Shown: positions 36,071 to 46,278, counted from the stretch's first letter. The stretch is 64,000 bases of DNA from a virus (IMGVR_UViG_3300025789_000018); one strand, 5' to 3'. The notes: generated by a model from the letters alone, not told the origin. Program-made: numbers and translations.

Positions 36071-36569
36071 CTGCTTTTCGCATACGCTGCAGTTTTTTCC
36101 AATCTTTCTTGGCCCGTTCTTTATCTAACGACTCTGCACGGTCAAGATGGCATTTACCAATAAGATGATCGTATTCATGAAGGAATACTCTTGCCGTCAT
36201 ACCATCAAATGTGTGTGTTTTGATATATCCATCAGGAAAAGCAAATCGCACTTTGATCATTCTAGGACGCTTGATCTTAACAATCAACTTAGGATATGAT
36301 AGACAGCTTTCTTCCATTTTAATTGTCTCAGAAGAAACCTCAACAATCTTAGGATTAAACGCCACAATAGGAGTTTCTCCAATCATTGCAAAAATCTGAT
36401 AAGGATAACCAACCTGTGGAGCAGCAAGACCAAGACCACGATGTTCTTTCATCTTTTTGATCAGCTCAATGGAAAATTCCATGGGGTCAAAAGGAGGATT
36501 ATCAAAGTTAAACCTTTGAGCCGGAGTCTTTAAAATAGGATCATTATGAGAAACAAGCTCAAGATTCAT
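36048..36569 (-). CDS. def: Peptide deformylase
   Basis: GLGLAAPQVG, EESCLS, LHEYDHL. Confidence 0.93.
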   Translation of the reverse strand: MNLELVSHNDPILKTPAQRFNFDNPPFDPMEFSIELIKKMKEHRGLGLAAPQVGYPYQIFAMIGETPIVAFNPKIVEVSSETIKMEESCLSYPKLIVKIKRPRMIKVRFAFPDGYIKTHTFDGMTARVFLHEYDHLIGKCHLDRAESLDKERAKKDWKKLQRMRKAVDKFVTL

Positions 36570-36946
36570 TACTTAACTCCCAAAACTTTTCTAAGATTAG
36601 GACGTTCGTAATTTGGACCCTTTTTAATCTTGCCATCTTCACGATAAACAGGCTTTCCATCTTCGCCCAGTTTGGTCATATTACTCCGATGCACTTCAGC
36701 ATAACACTTATCAAGATCAATACCAAAAGCAAGACCTGCTCCGTAAGTGACGTACAAAATATCAGTGAGAGCATCGGCAACCTCAACGATGTCTTTATCT
36801 TTGATAGCATCTTTTAGCTCCTCTAGTTCTTCACGAATTAATTCGTAACGAAGTTCTACAACATCATTGCTAGGAAACTTTGGCTTGGTTGCAATCTTTT
36901 GGCCAAACTTTTCCATGAACTCTTTACCTTTTTCAAAATTAGTCAT
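36569..36946 (-). CDS. MazG-like nucleotide pyrophosphohydrolase (DR2231/dUTPase-like)
   Basis: LIREELEEL...EVADALTDILYV.YG...EVHRSNMTK...REDGKIKKGPNY. Confidence 0.88.
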   Translation of the reverse strand: MTNFEKGKEFMEKFGQKIATKPKFPSNDVVELRYELIREELEELKDAIKDKDIVEVADALTDILYVTYGAGLAFGIDLDKCYAEVHRSNMTKLGEDGKPVYREDGKIKKGPNYERPNLRKVLGVK

Positions 36947-37148
36947 TTTTAATCTCCGTAGCCCAATTGACTGTTACCCAGTCTTCAATACAGTTTTCTT
37001 CTGTAATTAATTCATGGCCTTCGCCATACTTTTTAACCATTCGTTCTTTCCAATACGGCCAGTATTCAAATAAAATCTCAGCTTCATCATAAACAAATTC
37101 TACAGGATTACCGTCTTCATTCGGCTCAACATAAGAATATTTTGTCAT
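36939..37148 (-). CDS. Small hypothetical protein
   Basis: 69 aa, overlaps both neighbours. Confidence 0.7.
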   Translation of the reverse strand: MTKYSYVEPNEDGNPVEFVYDEAEILFEYWPYWKERMVKKYGEGHELITEENCIEDWVTVNWATEIKND

Positions 37149-38863
37149 ACTGACATCCTCGAAAAATTCTTGACCTTATCGAACTTAAGAATTCGGCCAA
37201 ATTTATCACTAATGTTTTCAGTCTTATGCGAAATAATAAAGATATTGGAGTCGCCCAGAAGAGTCTTAAGAATCTTCATGAACTCTTCCGAACCCGTTGC
37301 ATCAAGCGCCCCATCGAAGATTTCGTCCATGACCAATAGATTTGTGCTATTGCTATTTCTGAGCTTAGAGATTGTACGCCAACATAGCATAAGAGCAAGA
37401 TCAATGCGGCATTTTTCGCCTTCGCTAAAGGACTCGTAGGAGAAGTCGTCTCTATGTCTTGACCTAATTTTTTCATTGAAGTTTTCATCCAGTTCGAATT
37501 GGACAAAGAAGTCCATTGCGGTCAAGTATTTATTAATCAATTTATTCATGATAGGAACGTATTGCTTAATAATTTTTGCTTTGATACCACTATCCTTTAG
37601 TAGTACAGAAGCTAGATCGAGAGTTGACTTTTGTTTTATAAGGGTTTCAGTTTCTGCTGTGTATTCAACCAATTGGTTTTGAAGTTCTACGAGTTTAGCA
37701 GTTTCTTCTTTAATGGTATCATCATCTCCCTGAACCTTGGTCACTTCAGATTCTTCAAGCTGAATTTGCTTTTGGATAAAATCAACTTGATTATTGTTTG
37801 TATTAATAGTCGACCAAAGATCAATTATTTTATCACGAACTTCTTTGATATCAGCCAACCTCAGAGAAACCGCATTGTATTCCTCTTCGAGTTTAGTTAA
37901 AGCATCACACAGTTCGTGTTCTTTTCTTTCGCGATCGGAAACGCTATCCGCTTTGAACGTGTCATCAATACTTTGCTTACAAGTAGGACAGCTATCATTC
38001 TCTCGGAAAAACGCGATTTCCTTTTGCAACTTAGATTGGCGAGTTTCCATTTGCTTTTCTAGTTGAAGCAATGAAGTCTGTTTCTTAGAAAGAGCCGCCT
38101 CATCATTTACCGAAAGCTCAAGTTCTTCGACTTGTGTATTCAGCAAACGATTTTGCTCAACCAGATCAGAAATAGAGTCTCTCATATTCTGAATGAGAGT
38201 TTTCTTGCCTTCAATTATTTTATCACTACTTTGCTTAAGACTCAAGATATGCTTATTTTGCATATCAATCTTTTCCTGAGCTAAGGTAGCTTTATACTTC
38301 ACATCAATGATATTGCCTTTATTTTCAGATAGTTTATCTTTCAGCAAAGAATACATCGTCGAGAAAATCTGAATGTCTAGAAGATTTTCATTAAATTCAC
38401 GACGAGCGTGTGCAGGCATTTGCATGAACGGAACATAAGTCGAAGAACCCAAAGTAACAATTTGAGTGAACGACTTATGATTCATCCGCAGAATATGTTT
38501 CTCAAGATATTCCTGATAGTCTCTAGTTGCAGCATCCTGATTTACCAAGGTGCCGTTTTGAATGATTTCAAAAATATTAGGTCGCATACCACGACGAACT
38601 AGATACTCATTAGAATTAATACTGAATTCAATCTCACAAAGAAGATTCTTGGCATTGATGCTGTTAATAAGCTGAGGCTTATTAATTTTACGGAACGGTT
38701 TTCCATAAAGAGCAAAAGAGATAGCGTCGATGAATGTGCTTTTACCTGACCCGTTATGACCGACAATCAAAGTCATAGGGTGCGTATCGATATCAATTTC
38801 TGTAAATGTATTTCCGGTGGAGAGTAAATTCATCCACCGAACTTTTTTAAATGTAATTGCCAT
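37145..38863 (-). CDS. gp46: Recombination endonuclease subunit, Rad50/SbcC-like (T4 gp46)
   Basis: GHNGSGKST, CPTC zinc hook, FSEGEK signature, MDEIFD, ISH. Confidence 0.97.
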   Translation of the reverse strand: MAITFKKVRWMNLLSTGNTFTEIDIDTHPMTLIVGHNGSGKSTFIDAISFALYGKPFRKINKPQLINSINAKNLLCEIEFSINSNEYLVRRGMRPNIFEIIQNGTLVNQDAATRDYQEYLEKHILRMNHKSFTQIVTLGSSTYVPFMQMPAHARREFNENLLDIQIFSTMYSLLKDKLSENKGNIIDVKYKATLAQEKIDMQNKHILSLKQSSDKIIEGKKTLIQNMRDSISDLVEQNRLLNTQVEELELSVNDEAALSKKQTSLLQLEKQMETRQSKLQKEIAFFRENDSCPTCKQSIDDTFKADSVSDRERKEHELCDALTKLEEEYNAVSLRLADIKEVRDKIIDLWSTINTNNNQVDFIQKQIQLEESEVTKVQGDDDTIKEETAKLVELQNQLVEYTAETETLIKQKSTLDLASVLLKDSGIKAKIIKQYVPIMNKLINKYLTAMDFFVQFELDENFNEKIRSRHRDDFSYESFSEGEKCRIDLALMLCWRTISKLRNSNSTNLLVMDEIFDGALDATGSEEFMKILKTLLGDSNIFIISHKTENISDKFGRILKFDKVKNFSRMSV

Positions 38864-38870
38864 GCTATTC

Positions 38871-39932
38871 CTATTCTAACGAAAGAGCCTCGCTGTAAAG
38901 ATCCGTCAACAAAAGGCTTAACGAGTTCTTATCAATATCAGCATCAATGTTGGTAACATATTTCTTCAAAAAAGACATAGTGTCTTCAGCGCCATCAACG
39001 ACATCGCTTTCATCTTCTAGAGCAAGATTAATATCACTTTCAACAACTTCTATGTTCAAAGGATCAGACGCTTCTAGTTTATCAAGAAACAAGTCAAACC
39101 AATAATGGTTGGTCTTTTCTTTAACAATAACCTTCACATACGTATTGCGATAGGCTTCCGCATCAAAATCTAGTATACTCGAAGAAGAGTGTCCAGCGTC
39201 ATCGTAGTACACCTTATGGAACATAATATATGGGTTTGGCACAAAAGTCAAGTCCCGAGTTTCGGTATCGAAAATATGAAAGCCTTTTTGGTCGCCGTAG
39301 TCAGACCAGTCCATTTCATAGGGGCATCCCAGATAGTGGATATTGCCACGAGAAGATCTATGATGCAGGTGTCCAGAAGCCACCAATTCAAACTTATTAA
39401 AGACATAAGACTCTAATCCGTGAGAGACATAAACCCCTCTGTGCATCTCAAACCCAACAATCTCAAGATGACCAAACATCATTTGAGCGCGAGTTTCGTC
39501 AATAAGTTTCATAGCATCTTCTTGATTGTCTTGGCAGATCCAAGGCATCAAAACAATATCAAGGCCACCGATATTAACGACTTGCGGACTTTGAATAATA
39601 TGAAAGTTCTTATATCGACTGAACACAAGCTCAGGTGTGTTAACAGAAATAGTATTTTTGAAATACGCCGTGTGATTACCAACGATATAATAGTAATTAA
39701 TATTGCGCGATTCTAGTTGATCAAACCACATTTCTTTCGAGCGCGATAGCGTAAAAAAGTTGACGAACTTCCTACGCTCAAACGTATCACCCAAATCAAT
39801 AACAGTGTCTATCTTATTCTCATCAATATATGGAAATACTACGTTTTCATAAAACTTCTCGTAGTAATCCAGAAAAGCAACATTATCATTACGAATACCG
39901 AAGTGTTGGTCAGTAATCAACAATACTTTCAT
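38871..39932 (-). CDS. gp47: Recombination endonuclease subunit, Mre11/SbcD-like (T4 gp47)
   Basis: TDQHFG, DLGDTF, GNH, GHLE, SGHLH. Confidence 0.97.
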   Translation of the reverse strand: MKVLLITDQHFGIRNDNVAFLDYYEKFYENVVFPYIDENKIDTVIDLGDTFERRKFVNFFTLSRSKEMWFDQLESRNINYYYIVGNHTAYFKNTISVNTPELVFSRYKNFHIIQSPQVVNIGGLDIVLMPWICQDNQEDAMKLIDETRAQMMFGHLEIVGFEMHRGVYVSHGLESYVFNKFELVASGHLHHRSSRGNIHYLGCPYEMDWSDYGDQKGFHIFDTETRDLTFVPNPYIMFHKVYYDDAGHSSSSILDFDAEAYRNTYVKVIVKEKTNHYWFDLFLDKLEASDPLNIEVVESDINLALEDESDVVDGAEDTMSFLKKYVTNIDADIDKNSLSLLLTDLYSEALSLE

Positions 39933-39945
39933 AATATAGTCCCAA

Positions 39946-40146
39946 TCAATATTTGATTCTGCGCTTCATTTGTTTTAGTTCTAACTCTTTGTCAAAACTA
40001 TCAACATTTCGCTTGCAGAAATCAGCGATGTTTTCAAGCGAAGTTCTATAATTAAATCTAATGTGTTCCGGCGCGCTTTTGTCGTTCAGCTTACTGATCA
40101 TATCAGCAACTGGCGCTGGAATAATAATATCTTTAGCCATCTTCAT
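39946..40146 (-). CDS. Small hypothetical protein
   Basis: 66 aa between gp55 and gp47. Confidence 0.7.
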   Translation of the reverse strand: MKMAKDIIIPAPVADMISKLNDKSAPEHIRFNYRTSLENIADFCKRNVDSFDKELELKQMKRRIKY

Positions 40147-40741
40147 TATCCTCTACAAATACATCTAACCCTTTTTTCTTTGGGGTTTTTTTGTTTTTGA
40201 GCTTTGTTTCATAATCAGAAACAAATTTGCCCATTCGTTCAGTATGATCTACTGTATGAGAAGATGACCCTTTTATAGCAGTTTTGCTTGTTTCACTATT
40301 AACAAACTCGGTCAGTTCATCCATGATATCCATATTCTCGAATATCTTGTATTTGACGTAAGTCTGTCTGTGCTCTTTAGCGATCCTATGCAAAAAGGCA
40401 TTATATATGATCATAGTGAAATAGGCAAATGGATTATTGCTTTTGTCAGGGTTAAAATTGTGCATGTATGCGATGCAATTTTCTATCCCGTCTCCAATCA
40501 TCTCCTCTTTATATGTATATGATATAAAGTTATGTTTGTATGATAATTTTGTGGCAATCTTTAAAATACAATCGCCAACATATTCTGGGATTCTGGGAAG
40601 CGGCTTATTGTTTTCTTTTGCATCACGATACTCATTGATATAATGAATCATATATCCGTAGAGCTTCTTGTTATCTACGTAATGCGGCTGACTTTTCTTT
40701 AGTGCTTTTTTTGACACCTTAATCACTTTTTCACTTGACAT
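40133..40741 (-). CDS. gp55: Late-transcription sigma factor (T4 gp55-like)
   Basis: HYVDNKKL, PRIPEYVGDCILKIA, NFISYTYKEEMIGDGIENC, NPFAYFT; C-terminal GLDVFVE. Confidence 0.96.
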   Translation of the reverse strand: MSSEKVIKVSKKALKKSQPHYVDNKKLYGYMIHYINEYRDAKENNKPLPRIPEYVGDCILKIATKLSYKHNFISYTYKEEMIGDGIENCIAYMHNFNPDKSNNPFAYFTMIIYNAFLHRIAKEHRQTYVKYKIFENMDIMDELTEFVNSETSKTAIKGSSSHTVDHTERMGKFVSDYETKLKNKKTPKKKGLDVFVEDNEDG

Positions 40742-40762
40742 ATTTCAAAACTCCGGTATAAT
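40735..40762 (+). promoter_or_regulatory. Consensus sigma70 promoter on the antisense strand at the gp55 start
   Basis: TTGACA(40735-40)-N16-TATAAT(40757-62); activity not demonstrated. Confidence 0.4.
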
Positions 40763-40777
40763 CACGAATGTGCCTTA

Positions 40778-41134
40778 TTAATGGATACTGCTATTACTCG
40801 TCCTAAGCATATTCTTAAACACATCCAAAGCATCATCTCTATCTGATGCCTTTTTCTTTTTCTTTCGACGTTGTTCTCTAAATTCCTCAAAGTTAGTAAC
40901 AACATCTTTGATAGGATCAACTAAAAACAGAATATCCGTCTTACGGATTTCAATAGGATCATCTGTCGTTGCACAATATCTAACAAAATACAACACAAAG
41001 TCCGATCCGTCCCAATAGGATTTGGAAGCTAACGAGTCGTGTAAAGTATATGTTTCTTTAGTTGAATCTTTTTCAAGATCAATATCTGCTATGATCTCAT
41101 CACCGTTGATTAGTTTTACTACTTTTAATGTCAT
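40778..41134 (-). CDS. Conserved hypothetical protein (Sm-like N-terminus)
   Basis: KVVKLINGDEIIA start; usual position between uvsW and gp55 in T4-like phages. Confidence 0.7.
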   Translation of the reverse strand: MTLKVVKLINGDEIIADIDLEKDSTKETYTLHDSLASKSYWDGSDFVLYFVRYCATTDDPIEIRKTDILFLVDPIKDVVTNFEEFREQRRKKKKKASDRDDALDVFKNMLRTSNSSIH

Positions 41135-42573
41135 TCTATACCAACCTTATATGTTTTAAAGTCGAATCCTTCAGTTGCGTAGATTTTAATTCTTTCTCTG
41201 TAGTGATTTGCTGTATGGTTAGTATGTGACTTGTAGCTAAGATCATCAGCAATATCAAATAGAGTAGCAATTGATTTGGTAGAAGATTTGCGCAATGCTC
41301 TACCTATAGACTGAAGAATACGTACAATAGATTTACTTGGAGAAGCAAATATCAAATTGTGTAAATTCTTGATATTAGTTCCTGTGGACATTGTGCCATA
41401 AGAAGCGACTATTATGGCGTTGCTTTCTTTTTCGACTATGTGTCGAATTTCTTCTCTTTCCTCACCATCCACACCACCGTGAACAAAGAAAACTGGTCGA
41501 TCCCCTGCATTATCTTTTATTAGATTGTAAAGAACTTCACCATGTTTCTCTACATACTGATAAAGGATCAGAGTGTTTCCTTGTAGAGAAAGAGCAAGAT
41601 TCTTAATGAATTTGTTTCTAGATTCTTTGCGAACAATAAAGTCCATTTCTTCTTGATATGATGCTTTCTTTACTTCTTTACATACCTCTTCTGGATAGGT
41701 AAGAACGATAGCCTTTATCAGAAGATTAGAAACGTGTTTCTTTTCCATTAACTCAGTAGTGGAGATGACTTTCTTAACTCTACCAAATAGTCCTTCAAGC
41801 ACTAGCTTATTTGTTAGTGTTCCATCCAGTGTGCCTGTGAGACCGTAGCGGTATTTACATTTGGTCAGTTTAGTCATAATAGAAACAAGAGAAGTGGCTT
41901 TGAATAAGTGGGCTTCGTCTCCGAATACAGCACCGAACTGATCAAACCATTCCTTTGGTTGTTTTGCTATAGACTGCCAAGTAGTTACTGTAATATCGCA
42001 GTTAGTTTTCTTATCTACACCGCCTGTAATTTTATACACTTTACTCGTGTATCCATAATCAGCAAAGTCTCCAGCTAGCTGATGTACAAGCGAAATAGAT
42101 GGAACGATGATAAGAGTTTTTTCATTGAGGAAACGGGCAAGAAGATATATGATTAAAGATTTTCCTGAAGCTGTTGGAGAAATCAATAATGCTCTTCTAT
42201 TCCGGACTCCATAAACAAAAGCATCAATTTGGTGATCGTATGGTACATGAGGCAACTCTAGTTCTTTGATAAACTGTTTTGCTTCAGCTACTGAAAAATT
42301 ATCCGCTGCATTGTTATATTCGTATTCAACTTCATAGCCTCTATCACTAGCGAATTTCTCAACTAAAGGTGTCAGACCTGCATAAAGTTGTTTTGTTAAT
42401 ACATTGTATAGGCGGATTTTGCCATCCCAGATTTTAGCTTTTACCTTTGGATGGAACTGTGCGTTTGGTATCGTGAAAGTAAAATAATCAGAAAGCTCGT
42501 AAGAAGTCGATGCCTCAGCATGAATCTTTACGTAAACTTCATCCACTTTCTTGATTATTAATTTTTCCGTCAT
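41131..42573 (-). CDS. uvsW: SF2 DNA helicase UvsW
   Basis: SPTASGKS, GDEAH, GLTGT, STGTNI, QSIGRALR. Confidence 0.97.
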   Translation of the reverse strand: MTEKLIIKKVDEVYVKIHAEASTSYELSDYFTFTIPNAQFHPKVKAKIWDGKIRLYNVLTKQLYAGLTPLVEKFASDRGYEVEYEYNNAADNFSVAEAKQFIKELELPHVPYDHQIDAFVYGVRNRRALLISPTASGKSLIIYLLARFLNEKTLIIVPSISLVHQLAGDFADYGYTSKVYKITGGVDKKTNCDITVTTWQSIAKQPKEWFDQFGAVFGDEAHLFKATSLVSIMTKLTKCKYRYGLTGTLDGTLTNKLVLEGLFGRVKKVISTTELMEKKHVSNLLIKAIVLTYPEEVCKEVKKASYQEEMDFIVRKESRNKFIKNLALSLQGNTLILYQYVEKHGEVLYNLIKDNAGDRPVFFVHGGVDGEEREEIRHIVEKESNAIIVASYGTMSTGTNIKNLHNLIFASPSKSIVRILQSIGRALRKSSTKSIATLFDIADDLSYKSHTNHTANHYRERIKIYATEGFDFKTYKVGIE

Positions 42574-43004
42574 GCGCCTACTTTAAATTGTTCCCATTTA
42601 ATGGCCGAGCTAATCTCATACCCTCTACTATTTAGACTTTTAATAATGGCTTCTAACAAATCCATCTTTTCTTGTTGATAGGATATTTTGAGATTGAGTT
42701 CTGACATTTCTTTGTCGCCTTCGATGTACATATCGATATCGCCACGAATAATTCGTTTTGGATTAGGCGACCATCCACGCTCAATCATGGTTTCTTCATC
42801 AAGAGAACCAGAGTAATATTCAAACTTCAACACTTTTAGTTGTTTCTTTTTCTCAACAAGTTGCCTATATACCATTCGCTCTGATGAGAATATCTTAAAA
42901 TATTTGTTGTGGAGCGATGGAATTTTAATTGCCTCTAGACCCAATTCAGTTCTATCAATTTTAGTGTCTTCACTCCACATGGCGTAAATATCATCAATTT
43001 TCAT
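42570..43004 (-). CDS. uvsY: Recombination mediator UvsY
   Basis: WSEDTKID...IPSLHNKY...EYYSG...AIKWEQF; synteny. Confidence 0.92.
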   Translation of the reverse strand: MKIDDIYAMWSEDTKIDRTELGLEAIKIPSLHNKYFKIFSSERMVYRQLVEKKKQLKVLKFEYYSGSLDEETMIERGWSPNPKRIIRGDIDMYIEGDKEMSELNLKISYQQEKMDLLEAIIKSLNSRGYEISSAIKWEQFKVGA

Positions 43005-43068
43005 ATTGACCTCGTTCTCTTCTACAGAAGATTATCCATACTATACTATTCGCGAAAAGTCAAGTAAA

Positions 43069-43605
43069 TTATTGATTGCCAGAAATATATTGTCTTGTAA
43101 ATTCTCTGTATTTGAATACGACTGTACCAGTAAGATAACTGATTTCAGTATCTGTTGTGTTGAATTCATTGATTGTTAATGATGATGGTATTAGGTCTCT
43201 AAAGGTTATGATTACATTAGGTTGCATTGCGCTATTCAATACTGTAAGCACAGCATTGGTTATGATTGCTTGTTTCGATCCAGGCGCATTAGACGCTAGT
43301 GTTTGATAACCCGAAAAGCTATCAAGAAGACCAACATCAGTAATCCAGTCATATATTTCAAAGTATGATAGCATATCTTCGTCAATTTTAAATGTAACGG
43401 ATAAGTCACTAAATGTAACGTGATCGCCTGGAGTAGTAATTTTTCCAAATGGCGTTTGGTATGCACTAGTAGAATTTAACTCCAAAGAGGGAATTTGAAC
43501 TGTTTGCACAAAATAACTAAATGTTGGCAACTGAGGAATATCAAATTTAAATCCAGTTGGAGATAAGAAATTCTTATTAATTACCTGCGTAGTGATAGCG
43601 TTCAT
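43069..43605 (-). CDS. gp3: Tail tube terminator / tail completion protein (T4 gp3-like)
   Basis: NFLSPTGFKF...FKIDEDM.SYFEIYDWI...F.DL.P.SL; synteny; late promoter at 43636-43643. Confidence 0.9.
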   Translation of the reverse strand: MNAITTQVINKNFLSPTGFKFDIPQLPTFSYFVQTVQIPSLELNSTSAYQTPFGKITTPGDHVTFSDLSVTFKIDEDMLSYFEIYDWITDVGLLDSFSGYQTLASNAPGSKQAIITNAVLTVLNSAMQPNVIITFRDLIPSSLTINEFNTTDTEISYLTGTVVFKYREFTRQYISGNQ

Positions 43606-43635
43606 TGTCGATCCAAAGTTTGTTGCTCATAGTCA

Positions 43636-43643
43636 TATTTATA
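43636..43643 (-). promoter_or_regulatory. Late promoter TATAAATA for gp3
   Basis: Exact consensus immediately after the gp23 terminator. Confidence 0.8.
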
Positions 43644-43644
43644 T

Positions 43645-43674
43645 AAAAAAAGGGGGGCAGTTTCCTGCCCCCCT
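43645..43674 (-). terminator. Rho-independent terminator after gp23
   Basis: Perfect 10-bp stem AGGGGGGCAG-GAAA-CTGCCCCCCT followed by a T-run. Confidence 0.92.
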
Positions 43675-43702
43675 CTTAAGTTTAAACAACTTACTCTTAT
43701 TA

Positions 43703-45109
43703 TTATAGGAGGTTGTTGATTAGGATACGACGGTAGAATACGTTGCTGTTCTGGATTAGTGCACCCTGCTGGCTCTGGGTCGCGCCCTGAGCAAATGGGT
43801 TAGCAACAACACCATAACGTGTCTTGAAGCCGATCTTAGGCTGGAAGGTATCCTGACCAACCGCACGAACCATCTGTAGTGGAACGTATGGGCAGTAGAA
43901 TAGACCAGCGTCGAACGCTGACGAACCCTTATAACCGACTAGGGCATAGTTACCAGCAGCATATGGATCGATATAGACGCGAGTACGTCCATTTAGAACA
44001 CCAGCGAAGGTATTGCCTGTATCGTCAACCTGTAGGTTGTTCGAGTTTAGAGCAGGAGTATAGTCAAGAACGCCAGCCATCTGAAGAGCCGAAGCTACGT
44101 CTGACGAGCAGATCATGAAGTTACCCTTACCACGACGTGTATCTTTGGCGATACGGTTAGAGTCGCGCTCGATCTGGAACATCAGACCCTTGAACTTCTC
44201 AACTGACCAACGACCGTTTGAGTCGATGTCAAGGTCGAAAGTACCAGCAGTTGTTGTTTCAGCAGCACCCTGAACACCAGTTAGAACAACAGTACGGATG
44301 ATTTCACGGTTGATGTCAGCCATGATTTCAGCCTGTAGAATTGTTGCCAACTCAGTTTCAGCGTCAAGACCGTGAATTGCTTTTAGGTCCTGTGCTAGTT
44401 CGATTGTGTACTCAGCTTTTAGAGCACGTGACTTAGCAGTAACCGAGATACGGTCGATGGTGATTGCCATCTGACCAAAATCGTTACCACCAGTTGTCGA
44501 ACCGAGCTGTTCAGCAACCGAAGTAGCCATACCCGATGCGAAGTTGTACTGCTGAGCGTTACCCGAAACAACGTTGTTACCTGTAGCGACAACACCAGGA
44601 GTGTAGTTACCACCGAAGTCAAGAGAAGCGTTACCTAGACCAGAGTTACCACCGATCGAGTTAGCAACCTGAATGGTTGAAGCACCAGTGTTAGCTTCGT
44701 AGTAGAACGCTGTGTTTGCACCAGTTGGGTCGTTTGTCGAACCGAAGGTGTTGTTCGAACCAGTATTCGAAGCATACTGTGGACGTAGAGCAAAGATAAG
44801 TCCTGTTGGACCTGTCATTGGCTGAACACCGCAGAAGTCGTAAGCAACGAGGTTAGGCATTGCGCGACGGATTAGAGAAATTAGAACGGGGTCGTAGTTC
44901 AGTGAGTTGCCAGTTGTGTTAACTGGAGCAACGTCTGAAGTTTCCAACAGAGAAGTAGGCGCGAACGCTGCTTCTTGTTGCATTGCGATTTCTGTGTTTT
45001 CTAGAAGCTGAGCAGTAACAGCACGACGGTGTGAGTCTTTGAACTCTGGCGAACCTTCGTGATCTAGAACAGGTGCCCACTTCTTTTGGATTGCTTCATT
45101 AATGAACAT
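43703..45109 (-). CDS. gp23: Major capsid protein (T4 gp23-like)
   Basis: YDPVLISLIRRAMPNL, GVQPMTGPTGLIFA, VTAKSRALKAEYTIELAQDLKAIHGLDAE, FQPKIGFKTRYG. Confidence 0.99.
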   Translation of the reverse strand: MFINEAIQKKWAPVLDHEGSPEFKDSHRRAVTAQLLENTEIAMQQEAAFAPTSLLETSDVAPVNTTGNSLNYDPVLISLIRRAMPNLVAYDFCGVQPMTGPTGLIFALRPQYASNTGSNNTFGSTNDPTGANTAFYYEANTGASTIQVANSIGGNSGLGNASLDFGGNYTPGVVATGNNVVSGNAQQYNFASGMATSVAEQLGSTTGGNDFGQMAITIDRISVTAKSRALKAEYTIELAQDLKAIHGLDAETELATILQAEIMADINREIIRTVVLTGVQGAAETTTAGTFDLDIDSNGRWSVEKFKGLMFQIERDSNRIAKDTRRGKGNFMICSSDVASALQMAGVLDYTPALNSNNLQVDDTGNTFAGVLNGRTRVYIDPYAAGNYALVGYKGSSAFDAGLFYCPYVPLQMVRAVGQDTFQPKIGFKTRYGVVANPFAQGATQSQQGALIQNSNVFYRRILINNLL

Positions 45110-45145
45110 TAGTTTCTCCTTGTGATTCCTAATTGGATTATATCT

Positions 45146-45153
45146 TATTTATA
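45146..45153 (-). promoter_or_regulatory. Late promoter TATAAATA for gp23
   Basis: Exact consensus. Confidence 0.85.
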
Positions 45154-45159
45154 TTTTTA

Positions 45160-46278
45160 TTACTTTGTCGATAGTCTAGAGAGATTTTCTACATAGCGAC
45201 CCATAGTGCCAGTGGGCTTAACAACAGTACCACTTGTATCTTCATCAAATTCTTCATTTAGATACTCAACAGCAGATGTTGTTTGTTTTCTGTCAGCAGG
45301 GAAATAAGTTTCCTTGATAACAGTTAGTTTCTTCGTGAACTCTTCAACCGAACCATACTCAATACCTTCAGAAAGAACCTTTAGCTTTTCAGCTTGTGTC
45401 ATAGCCAAACCTTCAGTCATTTCAGCAAATACTTTAGAAACTTCAGCTTCCTTCATGGCAGCTGATAGATCGATGTTTTCTTCAATCGATTCGTTTAGTT
45501 GTGCTTCTAGTTCTTCAACTCGTGCGACTAGTTCTTCGATTACATCAACCTTTTCTTCAGGGATTTCGATGTAATGCTCAACAAATAGGTTCTTAAGTCC
45601 GCCGATGAATTCTTCAGCAACTTCATTGCGCAGTGAAGATTCAATAGCTAGTTCATTTTCGTCCATCCACTGTTCTACAGCGTAGGTTAGATACTTGTCT
45701 ACAGATTCGACAACTTCTTGACGAATTGTTTCAATAGCTTCTTCTAGTTTGATTTCGTTTTCTTCTTCGATACGAGCTAGTTCAGTAACGATTCTTGCGT
45801 TAACTGCTGCTTCAAAAACGATCGATGCTTTTTCTTTTAGTTCTTCTGATAATTCATCACCGTCGAATAGATCAGCGATATCTTCTTTGGCTAGTTTAAG
45901 ACCATTTGTGTGATGATCAATAGCGGCGTGATCTGATGTTGGAGAAATATATGATTGAGCTAGAGTTTCGCCTTTGACATTTTTGTCAGCATTACGACCT
46001 TTGTGTGCCTTTTCTGGACTTAGACCGGCATCATCAGCCATACCTTTGAAAATGTCACCGATCTTTTCTTTTGGTAGACCTGATAGCTGTTGTACAACAG
46101 CGTTAATAGCTTCAATTTTGGTAGCAAAAGTTGGGATTGCTTTTTCACCTTCACTCTTGTCAGCTGAACGAGCTTTATGTCCATCCTTTGTGATAGGATC
46201 TGGAGCTTCGCTCTGACCGTCGGATGCTTTGAATTCATCCAGTTGCTCAGCACTTTCGTTGATAATCTTTCTAGCCAT
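45160..46278 (-). CDS. gp22: Prohead core scaffolding protein (T4 gp22-like)
   Basis: LSEELKEKASIVFEAAV, VDKYLTYAVEQWMDEN, GLKNLFVEHYIEIP; late promoter at 46312-46319. Confidence 0.93.
   Translation of the reverse strand: MARKIINESAEQLDEFKASDGQSEAPDPITKDGHKARSADKSEGEKAIPTFATKIEAINAVVQQLSGLPKEKIGDIFKGMADDAGLSPEKAHKGRNADKNVKGETLAQSYISPTSDHAAIDHHTNGLKLAKEDIADLFDGDELSEELKEKASIVFEAAVNARIVTELARIEEENEIKLEEAIETIRQEVVESVDKYLTYAVEQWMDENELAIESSLRNEVAEEFIGGLKNLFVEHYIEIPEEKVDVIEELVARVEELEAQLNESIEENIDLSAAMKEAEVSKVFAEMTEGLAMTQAEKLKVLSEGIEYGSVEEFTKKLTVIKETYFPADRKQTTSAVEYLNEEFDEDTSGTVVKPTGTMGRYVENLSRLSTK

Noticed and set aside
43031-43063. Sigma70 promoter upstream of uvsY
   Set aside because: TTGACT is present but the best -10 candidates are at 12-14 nt spacing or poor at 17 nt; too weak to call.
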